A stretch of 64,000 nucleotides of DNA from Methanotrichaceae archaeon (GCA_963748825.1 CAVVKN010000006.1:32001-96000), one strand, 5' to 3'. Shown: positions 1-9,736, counted from the stretch's first letter. The notes: generated by a model not told the origin, from the letters alone. Translations and numbers: made by a program.

Positions 1-257
1 AGGTTCGTCACGGACTTTCCGTTCTCCGTTTCCGAACCATATCTCGCTCCGACAACCAGAACAAAAATGTCAGCCTGTTCTTTGACGCACGCTAGGCAGT
101 TTCCAATCGCACCAAGATTTGGGTTAACGGGAAATGATGAAGATTCGGACAAGATCGGTAGCATGCCAATTGATTCGATGAACAATTTAAGATCCTTACG
201 TACCTGTGCAAGATCGAAACATGTAGAACTCACAAAGACCGAAGGGGCAATTGACAT
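1..257 (-). CDS. DUF4062 (TIR/NDT-like fold) domain protein, N-terminal part; runs off the window edge
   Basis: Not in the ORF track. Manual translation from ATG at 257: MSIAPSVFVSSTCFDLAQVRKDL...CVKEQADIFVLVVGARYGS...GKSVTNL, matching the DUF4062 VFVSSTxxDL and DIFVLxxGxRYGS motifs. Confidence 0.85.
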   Translation of the reverse strand, partial: MSIAPSVFVSSTCFDLAQVRKDLKLFIESIGMLPILSESSSFPVNPNLGAIGNCLACVKEQADIFVLVVGARYGSETENGKSVTN

Positions 258-392
258 TATCCGTTGAATCCGCTCAAAGCAGAAGAATCTTGCGGAAAGT
301 GACGGTCTTGAGTACGGGGATCTCACCAACAACACGTTATCTCATATTAAGAATCCACATCTATTGGCTATTTAGTGCTTCGGAGAATAAAT

Positions 393-760
393 CAACAGGG
401 ATCGAGCAACTTATCGAACCCAGCCATCTCATACACCTCCTTCGATGGTTCGGCCTGGCCCGCAGATAAATTGTCGCATGATCCTCATTCGCGGTCCCAC
501 TTTACCAGGCCTCGTTTCCTGGAGTCAAGCCATCTCGGCAGCCTCTTGATCTGCCTGGGCGGGATATGGCCCTGATCTCTGCCATCGAAGACATATCCTG
601 CGTCCCGGCCCTGAAGATGGGCATCCAGAGCCTTTAGGATAGGTTTTGGAAGGATTGAGTTGCGCTATTTCCACCCTTGCCGTTCATAATGTGCAAGTAT
701 ACTCTGGAGCCGCCAAGGTGTTCCACCTTAAATGCATCCACCACCTACTGCCCGTGACAC
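393..760 (-). pseudogene. Degraded small tyrosine recombinase/integrase, relic 1 (middle and C-terminal parts)
   Basis: Frameshifted minus-strand pieces: VEHL...YLHIMNGKGG / RNSILPKPILKALDAHLQGRDAGYVFDGRDQGHIPPRQIKRL / LQETRPGKV / ATIYLRARPNHRR (catalytic Tyr region). The HxLRH segment is deleted. Confidence 0.8.
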
Positions 761-768
761 TTCAGATG

Positions 769-844
769 ATTTCCCTAAAAAGTCTACAAATTCCCTGTTT
801 AACATCTTATAATTATAAGGGGAAATGTGTACTTTTTAGGAATT
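769..844. repeat. Imperfect palindrome/hairpin family, copy 1
   Basis: CCTAAAAAGTCTACAAATTCCC-(AT-rich core containing CTTATAATTATAAG)-GGGAAATGTGTACTTTTTAGG; related copies at 3852, 6085 and 12733. Confidence 0.85.
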
Positions 845-1191
845 GTTTGTAACTCGGCGGAGAGATATATAAATTATATAATAAATTAAACTTATTTTAA
901 GACTAACATAATTGATTTGATGCTATACAATCATTTATTCTCACGAAGATATTATTTTTGGAGTGGATTCGTCAGTAGCAAGGTCAGACACTTGAAAAAA
1001 TGCGCCCCGCCATTTCATGACGGCGCATTTTTCCTTCGTGTCCTCCTTCCCCCATTCTTTCCCTGAAGAAAAGATGATATTGGCTCGTAACACCGCCTTT
1101 AATCACGAATTTAGTCCCAGGACATGGAAATGTACCACTGCCCGGAATTTCCCTGTTTTTGGAGGAATTAAGAGGTCTGTGGCGTGTCTAA

Positions 1192-1247
1192 AGAAGGCAC
1201 AATATCCTTCTCTTCGCAGGCAACTAAACGCGGGGCCGCGGTGGAGT
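1192..1247. repeat. Conserved non-coding motif, copy A (copy B at 6771-6827)
   Basis: AGAAGG...TTCG(C/T)AGG(C/A)AACTAAACGCGGGGC(C/A)GCGG(T/C)GGAGT shared between the two sites. Confidence 0.75.
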
Positions 1248-1330
1248 CCCCCCAGTGCATGGCGAGAACACCAGGTAAATTAGGATGCCAAAAAATGAAT
1301 AGAGGAGTTGCAGATTACCCTTAATGAATA

Positions 1331-1354
1331 GAACTGGGATTTCTATCCCAGTTC
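1331..1354. terminator. Hairpin just downstream of the 1364-2845 gene
   Basis: GAACTGGGAT-TTCT-ATCCCAGTTC, a perfect 10-bp stem 10 nt past the stop codon. Confidence 0.5.
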
Positions 1355-1363
1355 TTTCTTCTC

Positions 1364-2845
1364 CTATTCCTTCGGATCGAACTTTATCGCTCTGTCGTAC
1401 ACGATCTCGGAATATGATGGCCCGGTCTTTGTAGCCTTTTCCAGGTACATCCTCCAGAAAATCATAAGAGGCTGATCCAGAGCTATGCCGTAGGCTCCAG
1501 GACCTGTGGGAATCTCAAAGCAGTGAGGATCGCCTTCGCAATTCCTTGCGAACTTATAGACGTAGAGGTATTTCGCGTTGGGATTATCAGGGAGGTACTC
1601 CTTTGCAGTCCCGTTGAAATCCAAGTCGGTGACCATTCCGACTCCATTAAACACGTCTGCCCCGTTCGGGACAATGTTCTGATACGTCGCTTTTCCTGTT
1701 GCTACATGGTTAATCCCGTAGACGATGATGAATTCATTGGTATCGTTTCCTAAGGTGACTGGCGGATTTCGTAAGAAGTCGTAGTAAAGCGAAAGATTGG
1801 GGAAGCGAGGTGTCAGCGACGAAGCAGTTTGGTTTCCCGTCCATAAATAGAGGCAATCGTTATTAGGACCTATGGCATCGATTCCTCTTTGAATAGCATC
1901 GCTGCCGACAGGTACTGCTATGCTAGTCGGAAGCTCCGTGGCATTTAATCCTTTGTATTTGTTGAGAATAGCCTCCCGCAACTCTTCTACGTCATCCATG
2001 AGGTCGAACTCTGTTGTTCCTGTTCCGCGAACTCTCAACTCTGGCATATCATACGGATCTAGTTCTGCAGATTCATTGGGTGTAAGCCGGAAAACAATCG
2101 CAGGAGTGTCATTGATATAATCATTGCCAATCTGCATATCTTTAAAGAGAGCGGGACGAATATACATGCCAAATGTATCGGAATTGTTCTCCAACCCTAG
2201 ATTCAGTATAGCCGAGGGAAGCACTTGGGTGTTGATTATGCCCTCAGAGTATCCCGCTGATTGGGCAGCAGCGCGAATGCGTTGATCGATTGCTTTATCG
2301 GATGTGGTAATCACCAAGGTGGTCTGATTGAAAGGATTTCCGGGCTGCCCATCAGGTGTCCCTTCGGTTTTGATAACCATGTTATTGACAGTGTCGGCTA
2401 CATTGGCAAAAAGCCATCGTGTCTCATTTCCATATGTCCTATCCATCAAATTAAGATCGTAACTAAAGTATCTGCACGCTGGTGGCGTTCGCCCTACGAA
2501 AACAATAGCTTCATCTGGACGAAGACTATAGTATGTAGTAGCATTGCCACTCTTTCCAAGCATTCTCGCTACCGTTGAAGATCTCTTGTCCAGCTTATGC
2601 CCAGGTGCAGGCGGTATAAAATATGCCAAGTATCTTGTGGCGGGATTGTTTCCATATGTAGATGGCAAAAATCCTTTATTATACAGCTTAATTAGATCAA
2701 AGCATCCAAGCTCACCTTGTTGGACGGTAAATCCATCCTGCTCCAAGGTTTGCTTGAACGCCTCTACGTCACCTATGTCCGCGTTCACAGCGAGTCCTGT
2801 TCCAATAGAAATAGCGAACAAGACTAGCAATATATACATTTTCAT
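1364..2845 (-). CDS. Secreted hypothetical protein (493 aa)
   Basis: Long ORF, N-terminal signal peptide MKMYILLVLFAISIGTGLA, GGAG RBS upstream. Confidence 0.8.
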   Translation of the reverse strand: MKMYILLVLFAISIGTGLAVNADIGDVEAFKQTLEQDGFTVQQGELGCFDLIKLYNKGFLPSTYGNNPATRYLAYFIPPAPGHKLDKRSSTVARMLGKSGNATTYYSLRPDEAIVFVGRTPPACRYFSYDLNLMDRTYGNETRWLFANVADTVNNMVIKTEGTPDGQPGNPFNQTTLVITTSDKAIDQRIRAAAQSAGYSEGIINTQVLPSAILNLGLENNSDTFGMYIRPALFKDMQIGNDYINDTPAIVFRLTPNESAELDPYDMPELRVRGTGTTEFDLMDDVEELREAILNKYKGLNATELPTSIAVPVGSDAIQRGIDAIGPNNDCLYLWTGNQTASSLTPRFPNLSLYYDFLRNPPVTLGNDTNEFIIVYGINHVATGKATYQNIVPNGADVFNGVGMVTDLDFNGTAKEYLPDNPNAKYLYVYKFARNCEGDPHCFEIPTGPGAYGIALDQPLMIFWRMYLEKATKTGPSYSEIVYDRAIKFDPKE

Positions 2846-3151
2846 ATTAAATTCTCCTTACTAACATTATCAATATTATCTTATTAAAACATTGAGGTCT
2901 TATCTGAACCCACATTGCGAGATCACAAGTCTAATGTTTGCTCAGCCTCTCAGCTTTGTGTCGCGCCATCCAACATGGCGAGAACTACGGATCGGCATAC
3001 TAAGGCAATGTTGCGTCGGTTAAGCTATACCTCTAAAGATGAGGGCAGCCAAGGCACAATTCTACCTTACAATGGGCATACTATCGAACCGGTATGGAAA
3101 GCCTCATGAATTAAAACAGTAGTAATAGTCATCATAAAAAAGGCGATAATC

Positions 3152-3514
3152 ATGAAGTTAATCAAAGTAGACCAAGTAGCTAAAGAGCCATGGGCAGATA
3201 AATTATTTACCGGTCCAGTCACCTTGCAGGCGATTATTGGAAATGACCTGAGTGAAAGCTTCCTGATACAACAAGTAAACTTTAGCAAGGGTGTAAGGAA
3301 CAAATTTCACAGCCACTCTACCGAACAAATACTCATTGTCACGGAAGGCGAAGGTATCGTCGCCACGGATAAAGAAGAAGTAACCGTCAGACCTGGGGAT
3401 GTCATATTCATTCCGGCGGGGGAGAAACACTGGCATGGTGCAGCTAAAGATTGCACCTTCTCGCATATTTATGTCATGTCACCAGATCTGAAAATAACTC
3501 AAATTGAGGATTAA
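3152..3514 (+). CDS. Cupin domain protein
   Basis: HSHSTEQILIVTEGEG and PGDVIFIPAGEKHWHGA cupin motifs. Confidence 0.9.
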   Translation: MKLIKVDQVAKEPWADKLFTGPVTLQAIIGNDLSESFLIQQVNFSKGVRNKFHSHSTEQILIVTEGEGIVATDKEEVTVRPGDVIFIPAGEKHWHGAAKDCTFSHIYVMSPDLKITQIED

Positions 3515-3529
3515 GATATTCGCCAACAA

Positions 3530-3744
3530 GTTCTACCTGGAATCCTTGTCTGCTGCAACCATTCAGTAACCTCTGGATCTGCCTGGTGGGCCATCCAGGC
3601 GTTCACTTTCAGCGGCAACCTCTGAGACACGCAGCCCAGCTCCTCCGAGGAGCCATAGAAGTGCGGCCTCCCTGGGGGATTGAACAGCCTTTAACATGCT
3701 ATGCCATTCTTCCAGGCAGAGGAATTATTCTCGGCACTGGGCAT
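3530..3744 (-). pseudogene. Degraded small tyrosine recombinase/integrase, relic 2 (N-terminal part)
   Basis: ATG at 3744, then EEWHSMLKAVQSPREAALLWLLGGAGLRVSEVAA..ERLD (catalytic Arg motif GLRVSE), then a deletion to PTRQIQRLL. DNA is similar to 525-565. Confidence 0.8.
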
Positions 3745-3851
3745 GTCGCGACTTTAGATTATGATTTAGATCGCCCTTCTGCCTCTGTTATGTAGGCGAT
3801 TTTATACCACGACTATTGATCATTCTTAGACCGCCACTGACACTTCATTGG

Positions 3852-3927
3852 ATTTCCTCAAAAAGTCTACAAATCCCCTGTATATATCTTATAATTATAA
3901 GGGGGAATGTGTACTTTTTTAGGATTT
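3852..3927. repeat. Hairpin family, copy 2
   Basis: TTTCCTCAAAAAGTCTACAAATCCCC...CTTATAATTATAAG...GGGGAATGTGTACTTTTTTAGGA; preceded by TGACACTTCA, as is copy 1. Confidence 0.85.
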
Positions 3928-4022
3928 CTCGGTATGTGAATCCCGGCATCCGATCACCATGATGATCCGGCACTATGCCTGAGGAGGTGCACTGAATTCA
4001 CAGACAAGAGGCATATATGCAG

Positions 4023-4334
4023 TCAAGTCGGACGATTTTCTTGAACAAAATCTTTGACAATTGTATATTTTCCAGAGAATCCTCTCGCTTGGATTTCGCT
4101 ATAGATTCGAGTGGCTGTCAACGAACCACTTTTAAGACGCTGGATGATGTATTCCTTGTGGGCATCCAGCTTGCTTGGCTTCGCGGAACGCTTTTTTGAT
4201 ACGGGCGGATCTTTAGCTTCTACATACTTGCTTACGGTCTTACGACAGTAGCCTAATTGCCGGGCGATTTCACTTTTGCTCAATCCTTGCTTATGCAACT
4301 CCTTCAAAGTATGGAAATCGTCTAAGTTCAGCAT
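4023..4334 (-). pseudogene. IS21-family IstA transposase, N-terminal HTH fragment
   Basis: GLSKSEIARQLGYCRKTVSKY...SKLDAHKEYI...GFSGKYTIVKDFV is the IstA N-terminus; truncated at 103 aa. Confidence 0.8.
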
Positions 4335-4489
4335 TGGTTCGACCTTCTATATTCAATATTAATTATGATCTCATGATGTCCGATTATAGCAGGATAAAAG
4401 TACTCAAGCTATATAGATATAACGTTGAAAAATAGAGCCTAAAATATTTCAGGACTATGCATCCAGTAAGCGTAGTGCCAGATATGTAA

Positions 4490-6027
4490 CCTTAACTCCG
4501 CGATTTAGGGCTTAAATTTGATATTATTTTAAATTTTTAACCTCTTGTAAATTATTTCAATGGAAATCTATAAATATATGTATTCCCTAATATACCATAC
4601 ATGGACGAATGGGCAAAATTATGGCTGATTGAACAAAGAAAAATGGGAAAGAAAGGACTAGAAATTAAATATATAAGTAACCATCATTATGTCTATCATT
4701 CAACGACACACTGGGATAAGCAACTCAAAAAACGAATAAAAGATTCCGATTATATCGGCAAGCTGGATCGCACTAAAGGGCTTATTGAGGGAGTTAAGCG
4801 ATCGGTAACCGCGAAAAATCTTCGAGGCATAAAAGAGTATGGTAACGCAATGCTATTTGACCGTATTCTTACCGATATGAGGTCATGCCTTGAGGATGCT
4901 TTCAAAGATGAGTGGGAAGAAATCTATGCTCTAGCGATAACGCGAGCATCTGGCTATATGCCATTGAAACGAGTTCATTCTGCCTGGGATAAAATATATA
5001 ATGTTCAAAAGATAAATCCAAATTTGGATGCAAAGAACTTAAGCCATGTGTTGAAAGCTGTTGGAATAGACAGTCAAGCACAGGATTCCGTTTTTAGAGC
5101 CCTATCTGAAAAGGACAAAGATCTCGTGTATGATTTGAGCACTGTGTTGACCAAGTCATCAATAAATTTTGCAGAGTTTGGCTATAACAAGAACAAGATC
5201 CACATTCCTCAAATAAATATCGCGCTGTTTTGCTCTCTGGAGACAGGCTTGCCCACTTTGATTAGAACGATACCAGGAAGCGTTCGCGACATAAAGAGTC
5301 TCTATAACAGCATCGTTGAAGCCAATAAAGAAGGATCGACGATCATATTGGATAGAGGTTTCTTTTCGAAGGATGCCATTAAATTCCTGCTAGAAAAGAA
5401 AATGAGCTTCATTTTGCCTGCCAGAAGAAACAGTCTACTTTATGGGACAGATATAAGTCTGAATAATCACCTATTTTATCAGGATAGATTGATAAAATGC
5501 GGAAAAGGAAAAATTGAGGACATTTTTCTTTATTTATACGAAGACCAACAATTAATGCTTGAAGAAAACATCACGCTCTATCAAAAACTAGACGAGGGAA
5601 AAATCGACGCCAATAAACTTAGTGAGGCGCAGAAGCGTGCTGGAAAGATCCTGATAGTGTCTAATCTCGATTTAGACGAGAATACTATATTTATGCAATA
5701 TAAAAGTAGAGACCGAATCGAGAAGCTTTTCGATACCTACAAAAATGCTCTTCAAGCAGACATTCTCTATTTGCAGGATAATGAAAGTGTCTTCGGGCAT
5801 ATTTTTATCTCGTTTTTATCATTATATGCATACACAAAGATTGAGGTGGCTCTGAAAAAAGCTGACCTTTTAAGAAAGCAATCTCCAAAAGACATCCTGC
5901 TTGATCTGAGCAAGGTGTACTTAGTAGAATTAAATGACTGCAATATAATTTCAGAGATACCTAGAAAATTAGAGACGCTTGACGCAAAATTAGGATTTAA
6001 TTTATTCCCTAAAAACCGGAGTTAAGG
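4490..6027 (+). mobile_element. IS1634-family insertion sequence, complete
   Basis: IRs CCTTAACTCCG...TTTAGGG at both ends; 6-bp TSD ATGTAA (4484-4489 and 6028-6033). Confidence 0.9.
4601..6025 (+). CDS. IS1634-family DDE transposase
   Basis: YDLST, FGYNK, ILDRGFFS and YKSRDRIEKLF motifs. Confidence 0.9.
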   Translation: MDEWAKLWLIEQRKMGKKGLEIKYISNHHYVYHSTTHWDKQLKKRIKDSDYIGKLDRTKGLIEGVKRSVTAKNLRGIKEYGNAMLFDRILTDMRSCLEDAFKDEWEEIYALAITRASGYMPLKRVHSAWDKIYNVQKINPNLDAKNLSHVLKAVGIDSQAQDSVFRALSEKDKDLVYDLSTVLTKSSINFAEFGYNKNKIHIPQINIALFCSLETGLPTLIRTIPGSVRDIKSLYNSIVEANKEGSTIILDRGFFSKDAIKFLLEKKMSFILPARRNSLLYGTDISLNNHLFYQDRLIKCGKGKIEDIFLYLYEDQQLMLEENITLYQKLDEGKIDANKLSEAQKRAGKILIVSNLDLDENTIFMQYKSRDRIEKLFDTYKNALQADILYLQDNESVFGHIFISFLSLYAYTKIEVALKKADLLRKQSPKDILLDLSKVYLVELNDCNIISEIPRKLETLDAKLGFNLFPKNRS

Positions 6028-6084
6028 ATGTAAAACTCTCTTAAAACAGTTGGTTGTGGTTTTTAGATCAGGTGATCATCGGAG

Positions 6085-6134
6085 CGTTCTACGCAAAAAG
6101 TCCACCTAAAGGTGGAGACTTTTTACTCCGAACG
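6085..6134. repeat. Hairpin family, short-loop variant
   Basis: CGTTC TACGC AAAAAGTC CACC TAAA GGTG GA GACTTTTT ACTCC GAACG; same AAAAAGTC.AC / ACTTTTT arms as the longer copies. Confidence 0.65.
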
Positions 6135-6770
6135 TCCTCGATCTCTCCCTCTCTGTCTGTCCAAAGATGATATTACTTGAAGTCCCTTCTTCAGTTGCCC
6201 CACAAGCCCAATTTCAGACCCGAAATTAAGCCTGCCCCCAAACCCAATTAAGACCTCTGAGGAGTGCCTAAAAGGGGTGTTTAAAGCCGGATCTCCATCC
6301 TGACGGGTAAATATCTGTAGCCAACAAAATACCCCGGATTTTTGCAGTACATGCATTCTACCTATGCGCATAACAATTGTTATTAAAGGTTATTTAAAGC
6401 TCCTCCGCCATCAGAACAAAAGAAATCCAGCCAATCAAATACTTTATCGACTCGGTACCAGCCATTAATTTTTGGACTTCAAGACCAACTTCAGGTAACT
6501 TATCGTTCACTCAATAAGGGGGAAAGGACAAGAGCAGGAGGAGATCGCCGCTCACCTTAGTGTGCGACGCATCGGGGGATGCTCTGTCCCATGACCCAAA
6601 ATTTTGCCCATTGCCTTGATAATATTGTACCTCTTCCAGATCTCACGCCCCTGTACATAATCCAAATTAAAGCCTAGTGAAATATTATTTAAATTATAAT
6701 AAATACTCTAATTAAAGTGTGGTGACTGCTCACATGTACTTATGTGTATATATGTTTGCAGTGGATCTAC

Positions 6771-6827
6771 AGAAGGTGCTACATCATTTTCTTTCGTAGG
6801 AAACTAAACGCGGGGCAGCGGCGGAGT
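6771..6827. repeat. Conserved non-coding motif, copy B
   Basis: Aligns with 1192-1247; lies just beyond the iteron-like array. Confidence 0.75.
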
Positions 6828-6881
6828 TTTTGCATCCGCTTGCCGGTGTGCAAAACGTAGCCGCGTCACAACTTTTTAAAT

Positions 6882-7017
6882 TGTCAGCAAAGTATCCAAA
6901 GTATCCTTCGTCGCCAAAGTCCCCATTGTCACTTCGCCCGATATAATATATTGAGAAGGAATTTATTCGACATTGGGGACATTGGATACGTTGGCTACGT
7001 TGGATACGTTGGTGACA
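6882..7017. repeat. Inverted arrays of 9-bp repeats around an AT-rich spacer; putative replication origin
   Basis: Left 6882-6930: TGTCAGCAA AGTATCCAA AGTATCCTT CGTCGCCAA AGTCCCCAT. Right 6969-7017, reverse complement: TGTCACCAA CGTATCCAA CGTAGCCAA CGTATCCAA TGTCCCCAA. 38-bp spacer containing ATATAATATATT. Confidence 0.75.
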
Positions 7018-8317
7018 CCTCCTGGGCAAGGAGGAATACGTATAATGTGTCTCTCCCTTTGCCTTCTCTGTTAAGGATCTTGGTTTCGACAGTACCGCTT
7101 TCCACCATTGTGCTTAGGAATTCGCTGAAATCGCCGCTCTTTATTTTTATATTGCGCATAATTTCCCGTTTAGTAGCCTTGCCATTATGATTCTTCAGGT
7201 ACATTATTATCCTGTCAATAACATTCTTTTCTGCATTGGAACCAACCAAATCATAGATCGCCCTTGCCGTGAACATAAGGTAATCATCAACTATCCTGCA
7301 TGCCTCTTGAACGAACTCCAGCCTAATCGGACTGGACACATCAAAGTCAGGAGATCCCAGCTCGAATAGCATTCCAAGCTTTGTCACAGTTGGCGCAAGC
7401 CTGCTATAGATCTGCATACAGAAGCCGTCATTGCTGGCAGTCCACTGCTCTTCCCTTGCACGTTGCCAATCAGTGTAGTATTCTGCGGCTTCTGTGCTGA
7501 AATGCATGGCAGTACACTCTTTGAGATCTTGCATTTTACGGGTAATACCGGAGAGCTGACCATACACCCCTTCCTCAAGAATACTAATTTGTGCCGTGCC
7601 TTCTTCAAGAGGTAACCATTTCGGCTTTTTACCTTGTGGGAAGAAGAACAGGAATCTTGCAAGGAATCCCGATAAAGTATCATTCTGTTCTGTATTTGCT
7701 CCGAGACTCGCATCAGTTGTCGCAAAAAACAAATTCAGATACGGATCATCAACCCTAAATTCTGTCTTTGCATTCTTCCTCTGACTGGTTCTCAATTTCC
7801 TGAAAAATGGCTTGGAGTCATAAAGCTGCATCAGGCTATCCTTAAAGCCGCGCATATAGTCCTTTTTCATGAGGCTTAAAACACCAGATGCTTCATCCCT
7901 TATCCAGGGTGCATGGTTGTAGTCACTCATATGCTCCGTAAATGCCTCTGGACTGAATTCAGTTGGAACAAGAGCAGGCAAGAGATGTGGCAATACCTGA
8001 CACAACATAGATTCCGCCTTATCAACTGCGGTGCTCTTCCGGGACAGGCTTGATTTACCACACAAAAATATATAAAAATTAGGATAAATCGTGCCTTGTC
8101 TCAGGACCACCTTGATTTTCTTATCAGCCGCCACCGCAAGAGCAAAAAGCCCTCCTGCGAACCAGTAATCAGGGAATGCATCACTGAGATCCGAACCACA
8201 TGCCATAAACCGTTGAATAAAATGGTCCGAAGGCAGTTTACATTCAAATTTCGGTCCCTCTGACAGCGAATAGGCTTCAAGTTCTTCCTCCGAGATCTCA
8301 TCAGATTGCACCTCCAT
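6995..8317 (-). CDS. DUF3987/YfjI-like AAA+ replication (helicase-type) protein of an integrated element
   Basis: YPNFYIFLCGKSSLSRKST (Walker A-like), FSPEAF, RDEASG (Walker B), SGFLARF, C-terminal wHTH. Confidence 0.8.
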   Translation of the reverse strand: MEVQSDEISEEELEAYSLSEGPKFECKLPSDHFIQRFMACGSDLSDAFPDYWFAGGLFALAVAADKKIKVVLRQGTIYPNFYIFLCGKSSLSRKSTAVDKAESMLCQVLPHLLPALVPTEFSPEAFTEHMSDYNHAPWIRDEASGVLSLMKKDYMRGFKDSLMQLYDSKPFFRKLRTSQRKNAKTEFRVDDPYLNLFFATTDASLGANTEQNDTLSGFLARFLFFFPQGKKPKWLPLEEGTAQISILEEGVYGQLSGITRKMQDLKECTAMHFSTEAAEYYTDWQRAREEQWTASNDGFCMQIYSRLAPTVTKLGMLFELGSPDFDVSSPIRLEFVQEACRIVDDYLMFTARAIYDLVGSNAEKNVIDRIIMYLKNHNGKATKREIMRNIKIKSGDFSEFLSTMVESGTVETKILNREGKGRDTLYVFLLAQEVSPTYPT

Positions 8318-8459
8318 CTCAAACCGCCCCTGTTGTCAAGAAATGTTCACAATTAAACACAATATTATACATATTAATAGTTCCAACTAAATACCTATTT
8401 TTATTTATTTTTACGTTTTTTATATTTTGACTAAAATTCATTTTTAATACCTCATAAAT

Positions 8460-8765
8460 CTAGTTCGTTAGATCCGAACTAGTATTTTTATTCTTTTTTG
8501 ATAAATATTTCATTGCTAATGATTGGCAACCTTGATGCATCAACCCATTTTCAGTTTCAACAACAGGATCACACTTACAAAATCCATCCCCGCAACATGC
8601 ACAAATCTTGGTTCGAGAGCATGGATCGCATTTATCGCAAAAGATACTCTCTTGTTTATGCATGCAACTACTGCAAGGGTTACAATCGGCACAATTTAAA
8701 AACATATAGTATATATTTTTAGTAGAACTCAATTTTGAGTTTTCTGTGTATTGATTATTATTCAT
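8460..8765 (-). CDS. Small Cys-rich protein
   Basis: GAGGT RBS; 13 Cys in CxxC/CxC clusters. Confidence 0.6.
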   Translation of the reverse strand: MNNNQYTENSKLSSTKNIYYMFLNCADCNPCSSCMHKQESIFCDKCDPCSRTKICACCGDGFCKCDPVVETENGLMHQGCQSLAMKYLSKKNKNTSSDLTN

Positions 8766-8850
8766 TTAATACCTCATTTAAAACTTTTCTTGCTTGACTA
8801 AAGTACTATTATATACAAATATAATACGATGCTAATATATAATATCCTCA

Positions 8851-9051
8851 TCATCGCTGATCATCTCCGAGAATTGGCTTTATTCCTATCGGTGAGATTA
8901 CCAGAATGTTGCTCTGCTCATCAAATTTCATCTCTACAGTCTCAACAGATGCCCAGGCATCCAAAACGGGTTTTGGCACAGACAGTGAGCCATATGTCCC
9001 ATTCTGTGTCCCTTTCCTTACCAACAACTTTCTTGAAAACCTCATATTCAT
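8851..9051 (-). CDS. AbrB/MazE-like swapped-hairpin DNA-binding protein
   Basis: MNMRFSRKLLVRKG...YGSLSVPKPVLDAW...VEMKFDEQSNILVISP; start taken at the ATG after the AAGGA RBS. Confidence 0.65.
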   Translation of the reverse strand: MNMRFSRKLLVRKGTQNGTYGSLSVPKPVLDAWASVETVEMKFDEQSNILVISPIGIKPILGDDQR

Positions 9052-9736
9052 TCCTTCTTTTTGAGAGAACACTCCCTCATAGTAGTGCTTGACGTAAAAT
9101 TGAGTTAATATTTCAGGAATAAAAAAAGGCAAATGTTCAATTATCCCCTCATCTTGATGGTGTTATAGTTGGACTGCCAAGAGCCAAGCATCAGCGGGAG
9201 TTTGATTATTGGTCATATGGGTTATTATCGCCATTATTTGGTATATTATATATTTTACTTCAGTGAGGTTAAAGATAAAAATAAGCCATATAGCCGATAT
9301 CATCATGGTCTGGCGATCTACTATCAGAGGCGAATACAACGATCTAACGATGACAACGATCTTTTTGCAGATTTCCTATCGCCGCATTTTCGCCCAACTT
9401 TCCACTTGGACCAATGATGATCAACTTCGAGAAGTTGCCTACTAAAAGTGCGCCATATAATTAAACCATAGTTTTTTGTTGTATAATGCTTATAGCTATT
9501 TATTTTGCTAAGTTTGATAGTAGTTGGACCTAACTGACCTCGCCTTTATCCAGTCTTTTTGAAGGCATTCCGTTAAATTGTGATTTATAATCAATATTAT
9601 ATATAAAAATCTCTTAAATTAAAAGAGTTTAAATTCAAAAAAGTCCTATTTAGAATAAAAATCTCAAAGGAGGATTTAAACAGATGAAAAGGATATTAGC
9701 TTTTGTGCTTATTGCCACTATAGGGGGTTTACAGAA

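Noticed and set aside
6995-6997. TAG ending the DUF3987 ORF as a pyrrolysine codon
   Set aside because: It is a variant of a 9-bp DNA repeat, read-through adds only about 20 aa, and there is no pyl evidence in the window
9169-9445. Short hydrophobic ORFs
   Set aside because: No RBS or recognisable family; possibly gene debris
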